From Bacteroidota bacterium (GTDB taxonomy: Bacteria > Bacteroidota > Bacteroidia > Chitinophagales > Saprospiraceae): a stretch of 36,428 nucleotides of DNA. The position numbers and the translations under genes were made by a program. The notes beneath the pieces are model-generated. The model ran no database searches and was not told where the DNA came from. It worked only from the letters and a program-made list of their open reading frames with translations. The DNA lies in the NCBI GenBank assembly GCA_008501835.1, contig QQUB01000450.1:1-36428 (forward strand), written 5' to 3'. This document shows, in pieces, positions 28,177-36,428 of this stretch (its first letter is position 1; every line of letters starts with the position of its first letter).

Positions 28177-28217
28177 TAAAAATTTATTCTAAAACCTTTA
28201 GATTACTTTATGAGAGT

Positions 28218-28622
28218 TTATCCAAAGTTGAAGGAGTTGATCCTGTTTTTTACTATCCAAATAACGAACCAAATTGAAATAGCATAACCAAATATTGGCG
28301 GAATTACCAATTCGGCAGGGAAGGGAGGTCCTGTCCAGAGTAAGAGTATATAAACCAAAACACCTCCAAAAATATATATCCCGCAACACATTGTGCCCAG
28401 GGGAATTCCCCACTTGTTCTTTTTCCACAAAGCAAAGCCTGCCAGTAGAGATAACGGGCCTGCTACAATCAAGTCTCCATAGGGGATCAATACTTTTGAT
28501 AAATCTGTTTGGTCAAAGAGCACTCCTTCGCCCCAGGTATATAAAGCCCCTACAATGGCAAAGATCCCGGTAGAAAAGAACAGGAAGGAAAAGATTTTGA
28601 TTTGAGTATTGTTGAGCGCCAT
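28218..28622 (-). CDS. Small hypothetical membrane protein (about 4 TM)
   Basis: 134 aa with four hydrophobic stretches (IFSFLFFSTGIFAIVGALY, LIVAGPLSLLAGFALW, CCGIYIFGGVLVYILLLW, PPIFGYAISIWFVIWIV). I recognise no motif. Confidence 0.55.
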   Translation of the reverse strand: MALNNTQIKIFSFLFFSTGIFAIVGALYTWGEGVLFDQTDLSKVLIPYGDLIVAGPLSLLAGFALWKKNKWGIPLGTMCCGIYIFGGVLVYILLLWTGPPFPAELVIPPIFGYAISIWFVIWIVKNRINSFNFG

Positions 28623-28650
28623 TTGGTATATAAGTTTATGAAATAAAAAC

Positions 28651-29043
28651 TCAGGTTGTCGGTTCGATCAGATCCCAGAGGTTACCATAGAGGTCTTCAA
28701 AAACAGCCACTTTTCCATAAGGTTCTTCCACTGGTCCCCGTACGATTTTGATGTCATGGGCCCGAAGGTTTTTAAAATCTCTGTCGAAATCATCGGTGTG
28801 CAGGAATAGAAAAACCCGTCCGCCACTTTGGTTACCTATAGCTGTTTTTTGTCGTTCGGTTCCTGCCTGGGCAAGCAAAAGGCAACATTGTTGGTCACCT
28901 CTGGGTTTGACTCGCACCCATCTCTTTGTTGGAGTCAACGGGGTGTCTTCGACCAGTTCAAAATTTAATTTGCGGACATAAAAATCAATGGCCTCATCAT
29001 AATTCTTGACTACCAGGGCAATATTGGCTATTCTTTGTTGCAT
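28651..29043 (-). CDS. VOC family protein (glyoxalase/bleomycin-resistance/dioxygenase fold)
   Basis: 130 aa. IANIALVVKNYDEAIDFYVRKLNFELVED and PYGKVAVFEDLYGNLWDLIE are typical paired beta-alpha-beta-beta-beta module sequences. Confidence 0.75.
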   Translation of the reverse strand: MQQRIANIALVVKNYDEAIDFYVRKLNFELVEDTPLTPTKRWVRVKPRGDQQCCLLLAQAGTERQKTAIGNQSGGRVFLFLHTDDFDRDFKNLRAHDIKIVRGPVEEPYGKVAVFEDLYGNLWDLIEPTT

Positions 29044-29077
29044 CTTAGAGTTGGTTTATAAGCAAAAATACTCCATA

Positions 29078-30787
29078 TCAATCATAAAATCTCCAGGACG
29101 ATTGAAAGTCTTTGGTTATCGATTGATCCGTTAATATTACACGGACCATTTCCACAGGCATATTGTTTTCCCTTAAAACGGCATCATGGAATTCTTTATA
29201 GGTCATTTTACCACTATCTACCAACTCTTCCTTCATGGCCCTGAATTGTAAACCGCCCACCATGTAAGCGATCTGATACAGCGGACCGTAATTGCCCGTA
29301 AACGACCGGCGAACCTCTCCTTCCGCATTTGCCCTTTCATGGCCTACTCTGTCCACCAGGAAATCAATGCATTGCTGCGGGGTCCATTCTCCCAGGTGAT
29401 AATTGATGGAAAAAATGATCCTGGCACAGCGGTGCATGCGCCAGAATAACATACCTATCCTGTCTTCGGGAGAACGGGGAAAATCCATATCCCAGAGCAT
29501 TAATTCCCAGTACAATGCCCAGCCTTCCGTCCAGAATGGTGTATAGAAGAAGCGATATTCGTGGTTCCGGTCGTTCATGAATCCCTGCAGGTGATGTCCT
29601 GCAATCAATTCATGATGAACGGTTGCCCTTGAAAAGTAAGGGTTGTTTCCACGCATGGACATCATTTTCTGCTCGTGGGTCATTTCATCCGTTGGATAGG
29701 AGATCTGGAGTACTTCTCCTCCAAGGAAGAACGGACTAATCAATTGTCTTTTCGGTGAAATCATCCTCATACGCCAGGTCTCTTCGGCTATTGGAGGTAT
29801 GGTCAGCAGGTCGTGCTTTTTGAGGAAGTCTACGGATTGATTATAAAGTTCGAGCATGGCCTCCGGTTGATGACCCGGTTCCACAAAGGCCATTTTTACC
29901 TTTTCCTGGGCTTTTTTCCAGTCATCGCCAAAACCCATTTCCCTGGATGCTTTTAACAGCTCCGCATCACACCAGGCAAACTCTTTATTGGCAATGGCCA
30001 CCAGCTCCTCCGGAGAATAGGGGATCATTTGATATTGAAGCTGACGAATGAGTTCCTGTTTTCCAATCGGTTTGCCAATGATACCGCTTCCGTCGTCTTT
30101 TGGTAAGGTTAAAGTATCAACACAGGTGCTTATGAGTTTGGAATAATCATTCAGTACGCTATCCAGTTCTTCAAATGTTGTGGATGTCCACCAGGTGAAT
30201 TGCGGATCATAATCTTTGTAAAAGGAAAATACACTTTTTAAGGCTTCCTGGTGTCCCTTAATGATACCTTTGGCTCTTCTGGTCAGATTTCTCGGGAATA
30301 CGGGCTGTGTTTTATCAATGGCTTTTGATTTCTCATGAAGGGCATGCATTACTGCATTCAGTTGCCCGGCAACCGCTTGTCCATCCAGATGTTTACCTCT
30401 TCTTCTTTGCTTTTCAAGCTGATAAATTGGATCACTATAATTCAGCCATTGCCAGACAGCTTCGTATTCTGATTTTTCAACGGATAGTTGGTGCAACCGT
30501 TCATTCAGGTGTCTTTTAAAAAGCAGATAATCCACTTTTCCTCCGGTTGAGAGCTTGTCAAATGGCATAACTTCCAGGCGGGACAAATAATCCTGACAAA
30601 ATTGTTCAAATCTTTCCCGGCGTTCAGGTGAGTTTTCAATGAAATAATACCGGGATAAACTTCCATAATCTGCCCGATAATTAATAGCGAGATCATAAAG
30701 TTCTGTGACTCCAGCGGATGGGAGATTTTGACCAATAGAAATTTGGATACTCAAAAAGAAAATCAAAAAAGGGAAATACTTCTTCAT
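29078..30787 (-). CDS. DUF885 family exported protein (metallopeptidase-like)
   Basis: The ORF runs to 30814, but the start at 30787 (MKKYFPFLIFFLSIQISIGQ) gives a signal peptide. HHELIAGHHLQ resembles the DUF885 HExxPGHHxQ motif. Confidence 0.7.
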   Translation of the reverse strand: MKKYFPFLIFFLSIQISIGQNLPSAGVTELYDLAINYRADYGSLSRYYFIENSPERRERFEQFCQDYLSRLEVMPFDKLSTGGKVDYLLFKRHLNERLHQLSVEKSEYEAVWQWLNYSDPIYQLEKQRRRGKHLDGQAVAGQLNAVMHALHEKSKAIDKTQPVFPRNLTRRAKGIIKGHQEALKSVFSFYKDYDPQFTWWTSTTFEELDSVLNDYSKLISTCVDTLTLPKDDGSGIIGKPIGKQELIRQLQYQMIPYSPEELVAIANKEFAWCDAELLKASREMGFGDDWKKAQEKVKMAFVEPGHQPEAMLELYNQSVDFLKKHDLLTIPPIAEETWRMRMISPKRQLISPFFLGGEVLQISYPTDEMTHEQKMMSMRGNNPYFSRATVHHELIAGHHLQGFMNDRNHEYRFFYTPFWTEGWALYWELMLWDMDFPRSPEDRIGMLFWRMHRCARIIFSINYHLGEWTPQQCIDFLVDRVGHERANAEGEVRRSFTGNYGPLYQIAYMVGGLQFRAMKEELVDSGKMTYKEFHDAVLRENNMPVEMVRVILTDQSITKDFQSSWRFYD

Positions 30788-30816
30788 AAACAATGGATTT
30801 GGTGAAATCAGCAAGA

Positions 30817-32016
30817 TTATTGTCTCCTGGCAGCTGCTACGTCGATCCCTTCAAGGATCACCCTGCATGCTTCTCTTATCTGATCTGAGTTGATGATCAG
30901 GGGAGGAGCAATTCGCAGTGAACTGTCGTTGAACAGAAACCAGTCGATCATTATTCCATTGTCAAGACAATGGGAAATTGTATTCTTCAGGAAATCAAAA
31001 TCGCCGAGTTGTACAGCCATCATGAGGCCAGCATTACGGATTTCCCTGATCTCGGGATGGACCAGTAGTGATTTAAAAAGATTGGCTTTGGCGGTAACTT
31101 CTTCTATCAGGTTACTTTCCAATAAGTATTCTAAGGTAGCCAGAGCTGCAGCACAGCTTACAGGGTGTCCTCCAAATGTAGTAAGGTGTCCAAGGATGGG
31201 ATCAGTTGCAAGTTGTTTCATCATCTTTTCGGAAGCGATAAAGGCTCCAATGGGCATACCTCCTCCCATCCCTTTTGCGAGCAAAAGCACGTCGGGAACT
31301 ACATCGTATTGTTCAAAAGCAAAAAGACTTCCTGTGCGACCATAACCCGTCTGGTTTTCGTCAAAGATAAGGACGGAACCGGTTTCATCGCAACGCTGTC
31401 TCAATTGCCTGAGGTAATCGTTTTTTGGTGGATTAACTCCTGATTCTGACTGAACAGTCTCTACGATTACCCCTGCAGTTTTTTCAGTGATCTTTTCCAG
31501 GTCTTTTTTATCGTTGTAGGTAATGTGGCTGACTCCGGGAACAAGGGGGTGGTAGGATTGAGTTAAGTCTGTTGGCCACATCAGACTGGCTGAGCCATGA
31601 GAACTTCCGTGGTAGGCATATTTGGCAGAAATGATCTCCATTTTTCCGGTGACCTTTTTCGCCAGTTTCATGGCGCCCTCCACGGCTTCACTGCCGGAAT
31701 TGACAAAATAAACGCTGTTGAGGTTGTTGGGAAGATGATCACAGAGCAGTTTGGCTAAATGTACCTGTGGTGCCTGAATATGTTCACCATACACCATGGT
31801 GTGCAAGTATTTTTCAGTCTGGCTTTTAATGGCTTCGACAACTTTTGGGTGGCAATGGCCCAGGTTGCTGACACCCATTCCCGAGATGAGATCCATCCAC
31901 CGTTGCCCAGATGGGGAATAAAGGTACATTCCTTCACTGCGCTCTATTTCCAGCTTGAGCGAAAAAGGGCTGGTTGGTGCAATATGTTGAAGGAATAATT
32001 GTCGTAATGATGCCAT
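30817..32016 (-). CDS. Class-III (aspartate aminotransferase family) PLP-dependent aminotransferase, acetylornithine/ornithine aminotransferase-like
   Basis: 399 aa with NSGSEAVEGAMKLA, FDENQTGYGRTG (DExQTG motif) and LLLAKGMGGGMPIGAF (PLP lysine region). Confidence 0.85.
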   Translation of the reverse strand: MASLRQLFLQHIAPTSPFSLKLEIERSEGMYLYSPSGQRWMDLISGMGVSNLGHCHPKVVEAIKSQTEKYLHTMVYGEHIQAPQVHLAKLLCDHLPNNLNSVYFVNSGSEAVEGAMKLAKKVTGKMEIISAKYAYHGSSHGSASLMWPTDLTQSYHPLVPGVSHITYNDKKDLEKITEKTAGVIVETVQSESGVNPPKNDYLRQLRQRCDETGSVLIFDENQTGYGRTGSLFAFEQYDVVPDVLLLAKGMGGGMPIGAFIASEKMMKQLATDPILGHLTTFGGHPVSCAAALATLEYLLESNLIEEVTAKANLFKSLLVHPEIREIRNAGLMMAVQLGDFDFLKNTISHCLDNGIMIDWFLFNDSSLRIAPPLIINSDQIREACRVILEGIDVAAARRQ

Positions 32017-32285
32017 ATTGCTAAGGTAATAAAATTTTATCAGGGTAAAATATATCCTTTTTCCATAACTTGCGTATACAATGTTTGGTTAGCAAGACCA
32101 TTAAATTTTGCTAATGAAATCTTAAAAAATTTAATTTTTCTTCTTTTTGAACATCCTTTTCCCTTATGAAATCGTTATGGATGTGAGGTAGAGGAAATTA
32201 TGTTTTTTGTCAGGTATGGCAAAACATATTTTGAATAGAGATCAGTGGTGATAGTATTTATAGAATTACAAGAGTGAGTTAAACA

Positions 32286-32996
32286 GTGAAACAAGCGACC
32301 CTTACTTTCCTAATTGCCTTGTTGTTGTTGTCATGCGACAGGGAAACCGTCAGAATGGACGATTTTGATGTCCATGGAATTGATGTGTCCCATTACCAGG
32401 GGCGTATCGACTGGCCTACGGTAAGCGAACAGGGGTCGATTTTGTTTTTGTTACAACCACTGAAGGAGGAGATTACCAGGATTTCTATTTTCTGTGATAA
32501 CTGGGATCTCATGCGTATGTATGAGATCAAAAGGGGGGCCTACCATTTTTTCCGGCCCAATACACCTGTAAATTTACAGATCGCCAATTTTGTAGATAAC
32601 GTGGAACTCGAAGCAGGAGATCTTCCCCCGGTGCTGGATGTAGAAACCTATGACGGTGCTTCAAAATTAGAGATCATTAGTGGTATGCGACAGTGGTTGT
32701 ATGCCATTGAGATTCACTACAATGTAAAACCTATCATTTATACCAATCTGAAATTTTTCAATAAAAACCTGGCCGGACAGTTTCGGGATTATCCGCTTTG
32801 GATCGCCCGGTACAATACCCGCGAACCCAGACTGGCAGATAGCCGGGAGTGGGACTTCTGGCAGTATGGTAATAAAGGTACTCTTGCCGGTATTGAAGGG
32901 TATGTTGATTTCAATGTGTTCCAGGGAGATTTGGAAAGTCTTGATTCGATGTGTTATGAGCCTGCTGCAGTGATTAGTGAGCAGCGGGAGGATTAG
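32286..32996 (+). CDS. GH25 family lysozyme (muramidase) lipoprotein with a roughly 19-codon internal segment apparently out of frame
   Basis: GTG start and lipobox LLLLSC. GH25 motifs HGIDVSHYQGRIDW, RGAYHFF, LPPVLDVE, PLWIARY and FWQYGNKGTLAGIEGYVDFNVF are present. The expected GvDFvfvkatEG block is readable only in an alternative frame over 32435-32491. Confidence 0.8.
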   Translation: MKQATLTFLIALLLLSCDRETVRMDDFDVHGIDVSHYQGRIDWPTVSEQGSILFLLQPLKEEITRISIFCDNWDLMRMYEIKRGAYHFFRPNTPVNLQIANFVDNVELEAGDLPPVLDVETYDGASKLEIISGMRQWLYAIEIHYNVKPIIYTNLKFFNKNLAGQFRDYPLWIARYNTREPRLADSREWDFWQYGNKGTLAGIEGYVDFNVFQGDLESLDSMCYEPAAVISEQRED

Positions 32997-33028
32997 TCTT
33001 CAGTCTTCAGTCTCCAGTCTTCAGTCCA
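32994..33028. repeat. Five-unit heptad tract (NAGTCTT), the reverse complement of the 18661-18716 family
   Basis: tagtctt cagtctt cagtctc cagtctt cagtcca. The reverse complement aagactg matches tgaagactg at 18668-18676 and 18682-18690. It starts on the GH25 stop codon. Confidence 0.8.
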
Positions 33029-33047
33029 CGTTTTCAGGCTTAAATTT

Positions 33048-33130
33048 TGTCCTTCTGTCCTTCTGTCCTTTTACCCTTGCCCCTTCTGGCCCCTTCTGTC
33101 ACCCTATTCCCTTACTTCCTTTTTTCCTCG
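33048..33130. repeat. Polypyrimidine (plus strand) tract with 3x octamer TGTCCTTC and 2x CCCCTTCTG
   Basis: The octamer units are tgtccttc tgtccttc tgtccttt (33048-33071). ccccttctg occurs at 33080-33088 and 33090-33098. Only about 11 purines occur in 83 nt. The tract runs into the stop and last codons of the minus-strand gene ending at 33104. Confidence 0.75.
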
Positions 33131-33934
33131 AAACTCCCATACTTCAATTCCTTTGTCCTTGTCACAGATATACACGAACTGGTGTTTTACCTTGGCAATG
33201 GCTCCTTTTGTGATGGTTCTGGGAAGCTGGATGGGTTTTTCCTTCAGGGAATTCAGGTCCAGTTGAAACAGGGAGCTGTCCCGTTGAAAGATCAGGTTGT
33301 TTTTGGAATACTGAAAATGTTTGATTCCGGGGATGGGCATTTCTTTGTCAAATTGGGCGAAGTTGTCAAAAATAATGATCCCGCTTTCCGGCACATTAGC
33401 ATAGATGTACCCCTTGTGGGCTTCCATTTGAGTGATAACGGGGGTTTTGTCGAAATACAAACTCAGGTCATCGCTGATCTCAATGGCTTGTCCTCTTTCG
33501 TCTATCAGTTTAAGGAGGAAATTGGAAGCATCGAATACCCATAATTTATTTTCTATTGACAAACATGCTGCGGTAATTTCCAAAAGGTCTGGACCAAAGA
33601 GGTCAAATTGTCCGGATTCGGTCAGGGTACGGTTGAGAGTGATGGCGGTCTGGTAATCCGGGTAAAAAAGCAGTAAGTTCATGGGGTTAGCAACGTCGAT
33701 GGTTGCAGGGCGTCCCATTTCGTTATTGCTGTATCGGAATAATTCATCACCATTTGGCCCGTATTTGGTCAGAGTATTTGTTGGGCTGAGTGAATAAACA
33801 TTCAAGAGATCATCTACTGTGAAATCCGTGAAGGTTCCTTTAATGGTATGGACGAGGGAAAAATCACCGGTAGTTTGTGCCGGAGCATGGAATACAATTA
33901 AAAGGAACAGACATCCTGTGAACAGGAATTTCAT
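33104..33934 (-). CDS. Hypothetical exported protein
   Basis: 276 aa with signal peptide MKFLFTGCLFLLIVFHAPAQ. The sequence is beta-rich and I recognise no motif. Confidence 0.6.
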   Translation of the reverse strand: MKFLFTGCLFLLIVFHAPAQTTGDFSLVHTIKGTFTDFTVDDLLNVYSLSPTNTLTKYGPNGDELFRYSNNEMGRPATIDVANPMNLLLFYPDYQTAITLNRTLTESGQFDLFGPDLLEITAACLSIENKLWVFDASNFLLKLIDERGQAIEISDDLSLYFDKTPVITQMEAHKGYIYANVPESGIIIFDNFAQFDKEMPIPGIKHFQYSKNNLIFQRDSSLFQLDLNSLKEKPIQLPRTITKGAIAKVKHQFVYICDKDKGIEVWEFRGKKEVRE

Positions 33935-34350
33935 GTGCAGTTTTATTTATGGAATGGGATTTGGGGTGGTTTTATTGTTTTTGAGTTATCGTTATTTGCC
34001 TTATGCACTGAATAAATTCCACCTGTATAGTACTACCTCAACTTTCTTTGTTAAACGGGCCAAAAAAGTAAATTGGTAACAGATCATTGAGCCCAGCTAC
34101 GCCATATGGCAGACGCAAAGGGATCAGTGTGCTGTTGCTGGGGGGGCGAAGTGTTTTTTTCCGGAATACCGATCAATTCACTCCCGACCCTTCGGATTTC
34201 CCTGACGGCGGGACAGGTTTGTTCATTGCTCAGCGATCCTTATCGTTTTTGTTGTTAATCAATTCAATGGGATGTTTTTCGCTTTTTTACAAATGAACAG
34301 GAATTTATTTCATTTTGTCGTATTATTACCTGACCAAAAATTAACTAAAA

Positions 34351-35691
34351 ATGAAAATTAAACCTTCGATTTTGTATTGGTTCCTTTTGGGCCTTATTTC
34401 CTGCAATTCTAACGCTCAAACCAAAATACAGACAGGAACCCTTTCCAGCGATGTTATTTATTTTGAATATGCGATCTATTTTTCCGGGGAATCAGCGGTA
34501 GACAGCAGTTTTGTTGCAGGATTGATCAAGGAAAAATATCCGGAAGTTGAGGTTTTGAATACATTTCCTGAGTCTGAAAATGTTTCAGGTGCTAAAATGT
34601 TGATAAGTGAAGTCACTAATGTTCAGGAAGATTTTCTCCCGCCGGATCTGGAATATTTGAAATTCGCTTCTAACGGTTTAAGTGATGAGCAAAAAATGGC
34701 TCTACAGGGTTCGAAGTTTGCTATTGTGTTTGATTTCTTCTGTGAAGAGTCTCGATGGATGTCAACATTTGAAATGGCGAATCTTTTAATGCTGGACCTT
34801 GCAAAAAACACCAATGACATTATTTGGGATTCAGAAACCCGGGAGGCATTTTCCCGATTTTACTGGAAAGAAAACAGATTGGTTAAAAAGGAAGGAATAA
34901 ACGTTAGCAGGCATATAACCATCCATTTATATCAGAAAAATGAATACTGCCGGGCAATTACACTGGGGATGTTAAAATTCGGATTGCCTGAGATATGTAT
35001 TGAAAACCTCTCCTGCCATAATACGGGAAATATCTCCAACCTGATCAATTTGACTGCCCAGACGATTTTGGAGAATCCAAAGATTGAGAGAAAAGGGAAG
35101 TTGTTTCTGGATATAGATTTGATCAAAAATGAAGAACTGAAAGGTGTCCTGGAAAGTTCATTGATCAATAATGCTCAACGGAAATCTGAAATTAACATTT
35201 TACAAGGCACCTGGGAAGAGGGGGATACAGATAACAGGATTTTAGAAATCGGGTTTTCAAATAAAAACCCACAGGTGGAGCACGATCAGTTGATGACAAA
35301 AATATTTGGTGCTCCGGAAGATGAAGTGGAATACCTCACTCATGATGATGAATTACTTGCAGCAAGCCAACGAGCGAAGGACAAATTACCAGCTTTATAT
35401 TTGGAATTTTCTGCAGGATTGACTGAGGAGGGGACTTCTTTGTTAATGAAGTTTCCATTTGAGAATTTAGTGGGAGAACAGGAGTGGATGTGGGTTGAGG
35501 TATTAAAATGGGAGGACAATAAAGTCACGGGGCTATTACAAAACGATCCCCGGATAGTTAAGGGATTAAAATTTGGGCAGGAAGTAACCAAAGACGAGAG
35601 GGATATGTTTGATTATATCATCTATTATCCTGACGGAACCGAAGAAGGAAATGAGACCGGTAAAATTATTTCAAAACAACAAAAAGATTGA
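34351..35691 (+). CDS. Hypothetical lipoprotein with a C-terminal DUF2314-like domain
   Basis: 446 aa with lipobox FLLGLISCNSN. C-terminal EQEWMWVEVLKWEDNKVTGLLQNDPRIVKGLKFGQEV...MFDYIIYYPDG resembles the DUF2314 pattern (E.mWV.v...G.L.N.P....G....i.DW). Confidence 0.6.
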   Translation: MKIKPSILYWFLLGLISCNSNAQTKIQTGTLSSDVIYFEYAIYFSGESAVDSSFVAGLIKEKYPEVEVLNTFPESENVSGAKMLISEVTNVQEDFLPPDLEYLKFASNGLSDEQKMALQGSKFAIVFDFFCEESRWMSTFEMANLLMLDLAKNTNDIIWDSETREAFSRFYWKENRLVKKEGINVSRHITIHLYQKNEYCRAITLGMLKFGLPEICIENLSCHNTGNISNLINLTAQTILENPKIERKGKLFLDIDLIKNEELKGVLESSLINNAQRKSEINILQGTWEEGDTDNRILEIGFSNKNPQVEHDQLMTKIFGAPEDEVEYLTHDDELLAASQRAKDKLPALYLEFSAGLTEEGTSLLMKFPFENLVGEQEWMWVEVLKWEDNKVTGLLQNDPRIVKGLKFGQEVTKDERDMFDYIIYYPDGTEEGNETGKIISKQQKD

Positions 35692-35705
35692 TTGAGTAGT
35701 GTTGC

Positions 35706-36392
35706 CTACCCTTCTTCAATCGCCATAAAAAAGTCATAAACCATCACCAAACTATCTTCCATATAACTTTTGCCAGGGATCAGCCGATTTAGGTGAAGTT
35801 CCATAAGCTCCTCATCCTGTGACATCATTTTGAAAACAGTTCTGCAGACTTTGGCATATCTTTCGACATCCGGCACTATGGGAGGGTCAACTGCTTTTAC
35901 TTTTTTAAGGAAATTTACAAAAGCTTCATGATTGTGTGGGGCGTAATTATCCGGGTATCTGAAGGCGAGGTAGAGGAATGTCATTTCATATCCGTCTTCA
36001 TGATAGTGGTTGTTTTCGATAGAGGCAGGATTGGCTTTTTTGAAATTCTCCAGGAACAGGTCACAGTAAAAAATAAACCTGCCCAGGCGCCCTTCAAGTG
36101 ATTTGGATTCATCGTATAGTTCTCCGAACATTTGCCTGGTCCAGTCGGGGTCCATTTTGATGAATTCCAGCATAATGCGTTTGGGTTCGTAGTTTTCCCG
36201 TTTCCACAGCCTTTTTGTGGTGGAGTTCTGTAAACTATCGTCATACATTTTTGAAAAGTTCTCCTCTTCAGGGGCCCAGTGCTTTTGGAACAGGGACTGG
36301 CTTTCCCACAGGTGTAATCGGCTGCCTTTGTTTTCGGACCGGAGGAAGGATTTGTAAAACTCGAATAGTTCTTTAAGCTGTCTGACGTTCAT
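35706..36392 (-). CDS. Hypothetical cytoplasmic protein
   Basis: A 228-aa ORF with no signal peptide and no motif I recognise. Its composition is similar to neighbouring host genes. Confidence 0.5.
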   Translation of the reverse strand: MNVRQLKELFEFYKSFLRSENKGSRLHLWESQSLFQKHWAPEEENFSKMYDDSLQNSTTKRLWKRENYEPKRIMLEFIKMDPDWTRQMFGELYDESKSLEGRLGRFIFYCDLFLENFKKANPASIENNHYHEDGYEMTFLYLAFRYPDNYAPHNHEAFVNFLKKVKAVDPPIVPDVERYAKVCRTVFKMMSQDEELMELHLNRLIPGKSYMEDSLVMVYDFFMAIEEG

Positions 36393-36428
36393 TTATCGGA
36401 TTTTCGGCGAAGATACCCGATAGAATGC

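Noticed and set aside
27932-28573. Plus-strand ORFs 27932..28156, 28029..28277 and 28295..28573
   Set aside because: They are antisense to the methyltransferase and the small membrane protein genes. Their products are Ser/Pro/Arg-rich nonsense typical of reverse frames.
30890-31998. Plus-strand ORFs (151, 92 and 79 aa) inside the aminotransferase gene
   Set aside because: These are shadow ORFs opposite a gene with clear class-III aminotransferase motifs.
32977-33544. ORFs 32977..33213 (+) and 33047..33544 (+, 165 aa)
   Set aside because: Their 5' parts are translations of the periodic repeat tracts (SLQSSVSSLQS..., LLPLPLL...), and the rest is antisense to the 33104..33934 gene.
33819-34296. 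ORFs 33819..34079 (+) and 34087..34296 (+) in the long divergent intergenic region, and the idea of a riboswitch or sRNA there
   Set aside because: The ORFs lack plausible starts or motifs, and one overlaps the neighbouring gene's 5' end. I could not recognise any known riboswitch core. Only weak local stems are present (for example tcccg...cggga near 34180-34215).

Overview
This is a 36.4-kb chromosomal window from a Bacteroidota-type genome. The phylum call rests on the T9SS C-terminal sorting tail of the first protein, TAnnTTTG -7 promoter boxes, and many lipoprotein or signal-peptide N-termini. Left third: a complete non-phosphorylative L-fucose catabolic cluster (fucP, a convergent AraC regulator, L-fuconate dehydratase, two SDRs, an FAH-family hydrolase, a COG3618-type lactonase, a RhaM-type mutarotase and an FMN-dependent L-lactate dehydrogenase). 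Middle: an AT-rich orphan secreted protein, a PfkB kinase, a lipoprotein, a MoxR ATPase with no partner genes, a VanX/DdpX-type dipeptidase, an ArnT/PMT-like GT-C glycosyltransferase, and thrS abutted to an FkbM methyltransferase. A roughly 5.9-kb strongly AT-rich island follows, carrying a single 1824-aa ORF. It encodes a STAND/KAP-like P-loop NTPase in which Walker A and Walker B lie about 550 aa apart, separated by two blocks of hydrophobic (predicted transmembrane) helices, followed by a ~1,100-aa TPR-like helical C-terminus. I cannot place this architecture in any described family, and it is the best candidate here for an undescribed system, possibly a membrane-anchored single-gene defence or sensor NTPase. 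Right third: a minus-strand run (class I methyltransferase, small membrane protein, VOC/glyoxalase, DUF885, class-III aminotransferase), a GH25 lysozyme with an apparent compensated double frameshift, and three hypothetical exported proteins. Several intergenic regions hold unusual short-period repeats: two heptad families, purine-rich gene tails, and a TIR-bounded 154-bp element. No rRNA, tRNA, CRISPR array, integrase or transposase was seen.
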